A DNA stretch of 63,803 bases, the filler included, from Octopus bimaculoides (taxonomy: Eukaryota): the NCBI RefSeq assembly GCF_001194135.2. It is 5 parts of 5 records of this genome, joined end to end, with 100 filler letters (N's around TTAATTAATTAA, not from the genome) between each part and the next. Parts side by side here need not be neighbours in the genome. Positions count along the whole stretch, not along the records: positions 1 to 26,967 come from NC_068988.1; 4 more parts are not named here. The stretch is one strand, 5' to 3'. This document shows positions 1-10,174 of this stretch, in pieces. The notes below the pieces were generated by a model. The model saw nothing but the letters and a program-made list of their open reading frames with translations, made no database searches and was not told the DNA's origin. The stretch's first letter is position 1, and every line of letters begins with the position of its first letter. A program made the translations under genes and the position numbers.

Positions 1-776
1 TAACCACTGGGTCATTGCACCTCCACACCTATATCAATAACAATGTTATGAACTAACGCTCTTAACAAATAGGTAAATAAATAAAATAAAGACACAGTTT
101 ATCAATATATAAATATAAATTAGAAATGGAAACCAAAACAGTTATTGATATGTACATTTGAAATGAATGCATTCAGAATTCCACATCTCTAGTATCAAGC
201 CTCTAACCGTCAACTTTGCTAGTTTTCAGAGCATCAAACACAGAAAGGTCCAAAGCAGAATCAAATTAACTAAATATCTCATGTAATCGTATTTTACGCT
301 TCACTGACTGTTAAATTATTAGACGGGCAGATATGTCGGTGCAAGGGTAAACTCGATGAAATCTAGCTCACTTCTTGATCTGAAGTTTATATTATGTATC
401 AGAAATATAAGAAGACAAAGTTGAATTCGGTGAGAATTGATCACAAATTAATGGACTGAAAGTTAGTAGTCATATTGTGAGACTTTTACCGACCGACTCA
501 AACAAAATAATAATTTCATAAAATACGCACAAGATTTCATACGTTAAGGAAAGGAATAAGTCTTGACTTGGCTGTATATCATCGACCCACTGATGAGTGA
601 AAATTAACATCGACCTTAGCCCCAATCAAATGAGGAACATAAAGAAAGCCTTCACTAACTACCACAATGCTATGAACATTTTCTCTGTCCAAGTCGTGAC
701 TACAACACAAGAGCAATAAATAAATGTGAAAAAGAAGTGGTAAATGGAATGCAAATGTTTGTATGGTGTTTCTTAC

Positions 777-825
777 CTGCTACAAACAGCAAGAAAGTGA
801 AAATGATTAGTGTTCTTTGCATCAT
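777..825 (-). CDS. First coding exon of a secreted-protein gene: signal peptide MMQRTLIIFTFLLFVA + phase-1 donor; downstream exon(s) not confidently located, probably left of the window
   Basis: Minus strand reads gacgaccATG ATG CAA AGA ACA CTA ATC ATT TTC ACT TTC TTG CTG TTT GTA GCA G|gtaaga: 16 codons plus 1 nt, basic N-region, hydrophobic core, strong AG|GTAAG donor, with a core promoter directly upstream. Confidence 0.75.
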
Positions 826-855
826 GGTCGTCTTTTGGTCAGTTGTCAGATCAAA

Positions 856-891
856 AACTGATGAGGGAAGGCTTTACCATCAATATTTATA
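856..891 (-). promoter_or_regulatory. Core promoter: TATA box (TATAAAT, 891-885) and initiator TCAGTT (861-856; predicted TSS ~859)
   Basis: The first T of TATA is 32 nt upstream of the Inr A, which is canonical spacing. The ATG of the signal-peptide exon lies 34 nt downstream of the predicted TSS. Confidence 0.7.
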
Positions 892-1425
892 CGTTTGGTG
901 AGCAGTTGAAACGAACTTCAAAACGAGTGTGATGGGAATATCTCATGAAAATAATTAAGAAAACAAAAGATGCAAATTAAGACTGACAAATATCAGAATA
1001 AATGCAAATATCTGAAGGTCACTTTTAATCATATTCTTTTGTTTGTAGACACATCAATTGTTTTCATTAAAGCAAACTGGATTGGTGGCGTTTGAAATCA
1101 CTACGTTTTGTAATACCTGATAGAAATACTGTTGTACTTTGGGTATTTTTTTTACCCAGATGATTCACTAGAAGAAATCCTCCCTTTAAAATGAAAAATA
1201 TATCTTATAGTTGAAAATTTTTAAACGTTTGCTATATATTAGAACAAACATTTCAGTGTGATACTGCATGCATTTGTGCACAATAGCGTCGTTAGAAAAC
1301 TATCAAATAATATTACAATAGGATGTACTAGCATCTGTTAAGAGTTCCTGTTTTTATTATTGAAAATAATAAAATATAAGACCGCTTAGACGAAAGGTTT
1401 CAACCGGGGTACATATTAGATCTTT

Positions 1426-1739
1426 AGGAATCCCCGGATGCAATATAGTAAATTGGGGATCCAGTGTAATGTTTTAGTGTCATGAAAAAATTGTACTTTA
1501 AACCATTAGTTTCCAGAGTGGATTCCTAGTCTTCTAACATTCCAATGGTGCTCTTCCAGGTTTAAAAGCTTGTTTAAAAACGTCCTGAAAAATGTTGCTA
1601 GAAATCCTGTCTTTCCTAATTTATTTATTACTTTACTTTTCAAAGCAAAGACAAAGAATGGATAATTTAAAACCCCACAAACATTTATCTATGAAGCTGA
1701 GCATAAAATTCCCCAGGGAATTCCCGAGAAAAGTGAAAG
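1426..1739. promoter_or_regulatory. Candidate immune enhancer: cluster of NF-kB/Rel-like sites plus an IRF-like element
   Basis: GGGGATTCCT (minus, 1426-1435), GGGGATCCAG (1455-1464), GTGGATTCCT (1518-1527), GGGGAATTTT (minus, 1705-1714), palindrome GGGAATTCCC (1716-1725), then GAAAAGTGAAAG (1728-1739). Motif match only. Confidence 0.45.
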
Positions 1740-1795
1740 AAATAATATCAAGTAAGAACAACGTCAGCATCAATGATGCTGTAAACAGCAGTAAC

Positions 1796-1935
<140 letters not shown>

Positions 1936-2248
1936 TATACACTCACATACTTAGCATTTACTATCGACTGGAACAAATATTCAATCTGATACGGCGTGCA
2001 TTCGTGCATAATAGCGTCGTTAGAAAACAATCGAATAATGTTCCAACAGGATGTACTAACTCACTTCTAGCACCTGTTACAAGGCCCTGTCTTATAAACA
2101 AAGATTGAAATTAACACAATGAACGCTACTCAAAATATATCACAGTATATATACATCTATGTGCGTCTACAAAATGTATATATACACACACACACACACA
2201 TATATGTGGTGTATATGCATGTGTATATATATATATATATATATATGC

Positions 2249-2309
<61 letters not shown>

Positions 2310-2689
2310 TCCTCATTCCAATGAATATTATCGAAATGTTTTATAAATAATAATCCCATTATAATGTATTATTTATTCAGTTTTGGAGAGAAAGGAAATA
2401 GTGACAATGGGAATTAATATTACAGTATTAATAATTCTTTGGCAAAGAATGAATATATTTTCTATTGTTGTCGTACTTTTAAGTGATAATAACATTCTTT
2501 TTAAACATGCCACCTGTTTGCTGAAGTTTATAGAATCCAACTACTCATATCAAAGTTAATATAGAGAAGAGCAAAATAATGAACATTAAATCTGATGACT
2601 GTTGAACAACAACAATCAGAAAAATCAATCAGAAAATATCGAATTATAAGAGATATAAGAGAGATTCATATACCCGCAAAGCATCATCT

Positions 2690-3110
2690 GTTCCCAAAGC
2701 ATTATTGAGACTGCTGATACCAATGGAACTGGCAAAAGTGCAACCGTATTCAAGAAAATCTACGATATCTGGTCCTTTACCACCATCGGCTAAATACTGA
2801 AAGATGCAAATCTATAATAAAATGGTTCTCTTGATAGATTTTTATGCCATTTAGACATGGAAGAGCACCGTAAAAACGAAACGGTAGATGCGTTCCATCA
2901 AAGATGCGTGAGAAGGACCATTTACCTATTGAAGACCATTTATCTATTGAAGTCATAGTGAAATCGTCACAGATTAAAACTAGCAAGCCACATATTCCGG
3001 TTAACAAAATAACACCGTTCTAAATCAGCTTTCAAAAAGACATCAACGAATTGAAAAAGAAAATGAGAGGAACACCAGAGAAAATTGGGGCCAATAGGAA
3101 CTAGGAACAA
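2690..3110 (+). mobile_element. Highly decayed RTE-type LINE fragment (post-RT region)
   Basis: Translates with breaks to ATVFKKIYDIW... and ...VDAFHQRCVRRTI, matching the RTE-type DAFH.RCLRRIL motif. Confidence 0.45.
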
Positions 3111-3523
3111 AGGATTTCCTTCTCTATGTGTTCGTGAGCCCAATTTAAATTGATAATGATATTTTATCGAAGATGCAGAAGAATAAAAGGTATAGTCGAC
3201 TTTGTAACAAAAACCAACAACTTTATGGCAATTTTCTCACACTAAAACAAAGAAACACTAATTTATGCATCATGCGAAGAACTTCAGAAAACAATTCAAC
3301 ATCAAAATCCCATGTTACATAACTGATTTTGAACTGAAACTATTTAATGTGCATATGGGTCAGTGTGAAATGAATCAATACTGAAAATAAAGACATCATA
3401 AATATTTAGCAGTGTTTTGTGTTCACATGTTTAAAGACACAGACATACACACATAGCGCTTGTATATGTATGCATGTAAGCATTGTATGTACGCATCTAT
3501 GTTCGTATGTATATTTGTATGCT

Positions 3524-3580
<57 letters not shown>

Positions 3581-3809
3581 NNNNNNNNNNTACGCATATG
3601 TTAAATGAATTCTTTTATTTCCGACATATGTTTCGAAGATTACAAATGGTTCCTTCCAAAAGAATAAGTGATGTTGATAAAGATGTAATCTTCTCTTCAA
3701 GGAAATACATAGGATCCAACTTAACCGTAAGACATTTTAACCGAATGTGATAACTGTAGGTAGAGAAGATTGCTACGTATCTTATTTGAAAAAAATATCA
3801 CTTAGCTAT

Positions 3810-5175
3810 GGGCTGAGAGGAAGCTACCGCTAAAGCATTGGGCTGAGGTGGTGAATACATACATCGCATCCGTCATCTACTACCGTCTGATTGTCGTAAC
3901 TTGTCCCGACCCTACCATCACGAAACTGGAACGCATGTACTTCTGCTCTTTGTGAAAGGGAAGTGTTTCGACGGTCAGGTGATCAATTTGCTGTCAACAT
4001 CTGCTAAATGGAGGGATGGGTATGTCGTGGTTAATGATGCGCAGACATGGGCTGAGACTGCAACGTCTCCAGCGTTTCATAGACGATAGTCAGCCGGTGT
4101 AGTCGCTGTTTGTGAGACGCGTCTACCTGCAGCTCGTCTGATTGACCGAAACGCAATCATGGATCAAGCAGACACCGAGGCTGGGGAATGGCACCGCGAA
4201 AGTCACCAAGCTCTGGAGCGTCTTTGCTCTCCTGGTTCAGACTTGTGTAACTTCAATTCCACCAAGGCGTTCTATAGAGGACTAGTGGAGGCGAAGACTG
4301 ATGTTTTTCAAGAAAATCTGTATGTCGACAGGAGATACTTGTCTCTCCTCTTCAGGACCGTTTTCGGGACGAGACCTAAGGACAATTTCCAGAGATCCCT
4401 GGCCTGAAAGTGCTATCGGGAAGAATTGCCCGTTCAAGAGAAGGTCTGCAGATACTGTTCAAGAAACACCGAGTCGACCTGCGGTCAGAACGATGAAACC
4501 TTTCTGCACGCACTCATTCTGTATCCACATATTTCAGAGCTGTGGACCTGTGTCGAACGGCTACTGTCGCGTGTCATACGAATCTGTCAGCCGAGGCTAT
4601 CGTGAATATTGCCCCGCCACTTTCCTTTAACTGGGAAGTTAAAGCCGCTATGGTGAAAGCCGCTGTATAAAGCAGGGATCCAACCGTCGTACTGGTGGCT
4701 ATGGCGAAAGGACGTGTATGCTTGAAAAGTTTAGAGACAAATACTTTCCTCTCTGGCCAATCTCATATCAACTATTTCGAGTATCACTTGAAAAGGAAGG
4801 TATGAGTAGAGAGGAAGTTTTGTCTAATGAAAGATTTAATAAAAGGTGGGTGAATATAGCAAAAGTGGTACGCATGAATGACGGAACCACTTTGAGCATT
4901 TACCTGTAAAACAAACAGAGAGAGGGCACATTGCTCACATAGATTTTTCCTTTTGTCGAGTTTACCGTGGTTATTTTTCGTAGGTTTTTCTTTCCATGGA
5001 TAACTCTAGTTAGTGTTATATTTTTTCCTCCTTTTGAGAATTCAAATTGTTTTAAAAAAATCGTCACCTTGTTATCTATTTGTTTAATGCCTCCAAAAAT
5101 GTCTTTTTTGGATCCCTTTCGAAAAAGAAAAATTCTGCATTGTATTATCCCCAATGTTCAGACCTGTGTGGCTAA
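3810..5175 (+). mobile_element. Tx1/L1-clade LINE, 3' portion of ORF2 plus 3' UTR, degenerate, ending at (ATCT)n
   Basis: RKLPLKHWAEVVNTYIASVIYYRLIVVTCPDPTITKLER, GGMGMSWLMMRRH, and a zf-RVT-like CGQNDETFLHALILYP region with frameshifts and stops. Confidence 0.8.
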
Positions 5176-5240
<65 letters not shown>

Positions 5241-5287
5241 ATGTTGTGTGTGTGTGTGTGTGTGTGTGCGTGTGCGTGCGTGTGTGA
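5175..5287. repeat. (ATCT)n(TG)n compound microsatellite at the left edge of duplication copy A
   Basis: Direct inspection; a similar compound repeat lies at 18020-18085. Confidence 0.95.
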
Positions 5288-5779
5288 ATCTTTAGCCAAT
5301 TGGCATTTCTTTCTGCTCTTTACAGTATGATTTCCAATCCTAACAATGATCAACATTGCATTTCGTCCTTTATGACTAACCACTCTCATCGATTTTGAAG
5401 TTATTTGACTAAGTTAGAAAGCATAAGACAGATATTAGGTGGGTGCATGTACACTGAATTGTATTTAAACTATATTTGATACGTACACAATGCTGGAAAT
5501 ATATACCTTAACCATTTGAGTGTGAGAGAACTCCGAAATTAAACACCTCTCCAGTTGGCTGGTTACTCGTGAAATGCATTGAAAAATGAAATTCAAACAT
5601 GAAATAACAATCAAAGGAAATGAGGAGAGTAACTTTCATGTGAGGCCATCCGTTAATTTGTATTTTAAGTTTTCCATATTCACCTTCATTTTATATAACA
5701 ATAGTTATTTTATAAAATATTGTTGTGTCTTTCAACTTGTGAGAAACTTTATATATGCAATAAATCAATATGTAAAAAA

Positions 5780-6060
5780 CATATTTGGCAAGCATAATCA
5801 GTGGGGATCAGAGGCTGCAGCAAGAACAAGATCACAATGGGAACAAGACCATCTCAACATTCTGAAGGGCGAGAGAGAAATTATCAAAGACAAACACATG
5901 TGGGTTCAAGGGATGCGCAAAGTATATTGACAAATGATTGTACCGAAAGATGATTAAGCATGAAACAGGTAAAAAGCTACAAGAGGTACTTATGAAGAAA
6001 TACTTGCGAGAGTGACATATTGAATAAAACTTAGTAGGGAAGATATATTGATGTAGGGAA
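5780..6060 (+). mobile_element. Decayed RTE-type LINE fragment (shorter than in copy B)
   Basis: Homologous to 19880-20200, which encodes ISNDQRLQQEIDFRVNKTISAFGR. Confidence 0.6.
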
Positions 6061-6885
6061 ACATACACTATCTTGGACAAGACGAAAAACTTATGAAACA
6101 CGTTTAACAGTGTAGTTAATTACTAATGCTCCGTTCACAACTGGCTACAAATACAAGATACCTGGTGAGACTCCAACAGAAAAACAATAACGAAGTTATA
6201 AATTATATAAGATTTCTAACGAGATACATATAACTGAGCTCACGACATAAACCAATTGAAGAAAGCCATCCCTTTTTATATTCTGACTCGCAACTTTATA
6301 TATGGTTAATTAACATCGACTATTCAACGTGGCCCTGTCATTCATTATATTTTCTATTTCATTTCTTTGTGTTGTTAGTGATCCCATTTAATAAATTTAT
6401 CTAATTAAAAAAAGTAAATATTTTCCAATATTCTATAGTTGAAATGATGTATCGTTTCTAAATCTTTGGAGTAAGCCATAATATATTATTGAAAATTAAA
6501 ACCGTTGATATCTATCCACGTGCAATTTAACTTCATTTGAAACCGTATCATAAAATTGCCCATTTCAAGGACATTGCAAATACACATGTATTAACAATCA
6601 GTAATGTATTGTTCCAAATTTAAACTCCAGACTTATCAACAAAGTATTGAAAGAAACATGCTAAATTTAAATATCTCAATTATTCTATTGTTCTTGGTGG
6701 CTTTTTTGTTCAATTGTTAAAGCGCATAAGAATTAGTGCAGCTGGAAATTCCTGTTATAAATTATAAATCAGAATTGTGCATAGTCCTTCAACATATAAT
6801 TAGAAACATGATTAACGTATTTAACATTTAATTAACATTACTTTTATAATTAATCTGATTGTACAAAATTTCCATATCTAATTCT

Positions 6886-7195
6886 TTAACAGGATAAACG
6901 AGGAAGGAGAGTATATGTCACGCAGAGGAGAGTGTGACATGGGAACATGTAAGATGATTTTGCTACTAGATTTAGGACATCTCTATAGTCACCAAAAAAC
7001 ACAGACAATCGCTTGACCTTACCACACGTTATCCAGAGGAACAGCGACGAACTGGTAGATGCGGTGTGAGAGGCCATTTCACCTTCGCAAGATGAAAAAT
7101 ATGTAATAAAAGACTCAGAAAACAACTGTCCAGGGATCGAAACGACGATATTACGATGTTTAGCTTAACATACCAACCAGCATGCCATGCTCCTA
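6886..7195 (-). mobile_element. Old tRNA-derived SINE relic (paralog at 21010-21335)
   Basis: Minus strand shows A-box-like ggcatgctggttggtatg and B-box-like gtttcgatccc, followed by a body shared with the paralogous copy. Confidence 0.5.
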
Positions 7196-7999
7196 CACGA
7201 GTTCTATGTAGAAATGAGAATTATTACTTATAGAATATATTTGCTTCTCTCTCACTCAGCATCTCTCTTCGTATATGTGCCTATACGTGTTCCTTTATCA
7301 TCTCACATGTACTAACAGGCGTTCAGTATTGATACGTACTGTGTTGTATTTCATTAGAAAACTATTCAAGAGAGATGAAAAATAGAGAATGAAAGGGTGA
7401 AGGATAAGTGTAAAAGAATCGTAGTAGCAGAGCTAGTAAGATGTGAAGAAGAAGAGTGAAAGAGAGAAAATTCGAGAGAAAAGTAACAAAACGTTTGACA
7501 AACATTGCCTGATGATTATTTGTAGAGAAGAAGTGGGGTTACAAAACACCCGAAGATGTGTATTCTAAGCCACAATTCATATAGATGAGCACTAAACATC
7601 TCAGCATAAGCTAAGTTTCTGTTGGAATTGTAATCTCAAATGTGACTTCAATATTGTATTTGATTCACGTAATTTTTGAAGCTTTATCTTTGATTACTTC
7701 ATCTTTGATTGTTTCACCTCTGATTGCTTCATCTTGTTGATGTTAACCGTCTCACATTCAGCCTGGTTGTTCTGATTTACTTTCGTCGTTGCATGTGCGT
7801 GGACATCCGTCGTCATAAGAATATATAAAATACAGAAGGGATCAAGAAATGAAATGGTAGTGAGACATCTCGTAGGTGTTTGGCTTCGAGTAATAAAATG
7901 CTTGTACAACGCTTTCGCTAAGAGGGGATGCTGAAGAGCGCCTGGCTTTAAGGGTATAGCGAAAGGTCTGGTTGGAAGCCCAACATTCCGATTTCTTTT

Positions 8000-8135
8000 A
8001 CAGGGCTTAGAAAAACTGAGGGTCCACTGCAACAAGTGTGTGAATCTGAGAGCGGAATATGTTCAATAAAATCAGAATTAACTGATCCTCCTGTATTTTC
8101 GTTTACCAAAAGCCAGTAACTTTTCAGTACCCCCT
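8000..8135 (+). mobile_element. Mariner 3' end (transposase C-terminus plus right TIR); paralog at 22015-22160
   Basis: GLEKLRVHCNKCVNLRAEYVQ* / GLENLKDRCNEYVNLRAEYVE*, then a TIR-like aacttttcagtaccccc...ta. Confidence 0.75.
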
Positions 8136-8530
8136 GGTATTCTCCCAGTCACCATAGTAGGTTCCAGTGACAAGCATTGAAACATGACTGGCACTAATTA
8201 ACTGCAAGTTTTATATCAGATTATCTCCTAGAAAAGCTTCCTTCTCCACGGCTTTGTCATAGACAACGGTAGCCTCTTCCGTCCCAGGTAAATATAACAT
8301 TTAGATATGACCCTGACAGGTATTAACGTTCCGGGTCAGAACGGACCTGGGAGTAACGGTAATTAAGGGTTGATTTCATGCTCCCCACAATGCCAGAACT
8401 ACTGAACTGGATCTTCACAACCAGATGAAGTTTAATTTCACATCCCGAACACATAGTACCAAGTGTAATTGTAGTCGTAACCAATGTGGTAACTTTCTGA
8501 TCATTTATAACCAGCCGTATACTACTCGAC

Positions 8531-8570
<40 letters not shown>

Positions 8571-9985
8571 NNNNNNNNNNNNNNNNNNNNNNNNNNNNNN
8601 NNNNNNNNNNNNNNNNNNNNNNNNNNNNNNNNNNNNNNNNNNNNNNNNNNNNNNNNNNNNNNNNNNNNNNNNNNNNNNNNNNNNNNNNNNNNNNNNNNNN
8701 NNNNNNNNNNNNNNNNNNNNNNNNNNNNNNNNNNNNNNNNNNNNNNNNNNNNNNNNNNNNNNNNNNNNNNNNNNNNNNNNNNNNNNNNNNNNNNNNNNNN
8801 NNNNNNNNNNNNNNNNNNNNNNNNNNNNNNNNNNNNNNNNNNNNNNNNNNNNNNNNNNNNNNNNNNNNNNNNNNNNNNNNNNNNNNNNNNNNNNNNNNNN
8901 NNNNNNNNNNNNNNNNNNNNNNNNNNNNNNNNNNNNNNNNNNNNNNNNNNNNNNNNNNNNNNNNNNNNNNNNNNNNNNNNNNNNNNNNNNNNNNNNNNNN
9001 NNNNNNNNNNNNNNNNNNNNNNNNNNNNNNNNNNNNNNNNNNNNNNNNNNNNNNNNNNNNNNNNNNNNNNNNNNNNNNNNNNNNNNNNNNNNNNNNNNNN
9101 NNNNNNNNNNNNNNNNNNNNNNNNNNNNNNNNNNNNNNNNNNNNNNNNNNNNNNNNNNNNNNNNNNNNNNNNNNNNNNNNNNNNNNNNNNNNNNNNNNNN
9201 NNNNNNNNNNNNNNNNNNNNNNNNNNNNNNNNNNNNNNNNNNNNNNNNNNNNNNNNNNNNNNNNNNNNNNNNNNNNNNNNNNNNNNNNNNNNNNNNNNNN
9301 NNNNNNNNNNNNNNNNNNNNNNNNNNNNNNNNNNNNNNNNNNNNNNNNNNNNNNNNNNNNNNNNNNNNNNNNNNNNNNNNNNNNNNNNNNNNNNNNNNNN
9401 NNNNNNNNNNNNNNNNNNNNNNTACATTCTTTGATGATAAAATATATTTAAAGTATAAAGCTTTGTATGAACTTTGTAGTGTTACATACTGATTGTCACA
9501 CATTCTCTGATATTAAGGTGAAATTGTTAAAAACAGTGTTAAAAACAGTGTATGAAAATACACATATGGAAAAATACATATACATATACATATTCTTATA
9601 CATATTCTTTGACAATCGAATAAAATTGAGAAGGAACTGACCTGGCCTTTTTCTCTTGTGTATATTGAAGGAATGTTTTACTGTCTTAAGAGACAGTATG
9701 ACTGGCTAGCTGGGGTGGGAGGGTTAACCTGAGAAGTACATGCGGTGAACGAAATGTTGTGTGTATCTCTTTAACTCTGTAGGGTCGCACATGCGGGACA
9801 CATTTCTGGGTCCCACCTGCTAGGTCATGCGCTGTTTATCTTCATATCAGATCACCATGTCACGCATATATGGTTGTGAAGCATGTGCCTGGTGTACTGT
9901 TATCAGAGGAGTAGTCATGATGGGCATACTGGGCTTCGTATATTTTACCATAGTGTTACTTTGATGGCATGCTCTGCTCTCTCAT

Positions 9986-10046
<61 letters not shown>

Positions 10047-10066
10047 GGCTGCTGCTGCTGCTGCTG

Positions 10067-10122
<56 letters not shown>

Positions 10123-10123
10123 G

Positions 10124-10173
<50 letters not shown>
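9986..10173. repeat. Compound trinucleotide microsatellite (ACT)n(GCT)n(ACT)n(AAT)n
   Basis: Direct inspection. Confidence 0.98.
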
Positions 10174-10174
10174 T

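Larger units (their letters stand above)
5240..8340 (+). repeat. Segmental duplication copy A (paralog of 18040-22365)
   Basis: Collinear homology by eye, e.g. 59/70 identities in one sampled block (about 6330-6400 vs 20460-20530). Both copies share the same embedded RTE, SINE and mariner relics. Confidence 0.95.

Noticed and set aside
659-699. Acceptor at 700 would give a 77-nt intron and a second exon for the signal-peptide gene
   Set aside because: The acceptor looks good, but the phase-1 product is only 29 aa (…VTTWTEKMFIALW*) with no Cys or recognisable mature region. Not excluded, but unsupported without reads.
6886-7125. Paired ORFs 6886-7125 and 21011-21217 with similar peptides and the same stop
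   Set aside because: They lie in a duplicated SINE relic. Over the aligned codons I count 6 synonymous versus 15 non-synonymous differences, about neutral, so there is no sign of coding constraint.
7694-8035. 113-aa minus-strand ORF with a TM-like ISFLDPFCILYILM
   Set aside because: The paralogous copy has an in-frame stop and an indel, and the ORF start overlaps a mariner end on the other strand.
8425-9503. Long ORFs spanning N gaps (also about 24.5, 29.2, 42.1, 49.7, 57.9, 59.1 and 59.7 kb)
   Set aside because: They are open only because N codons contain no stops.
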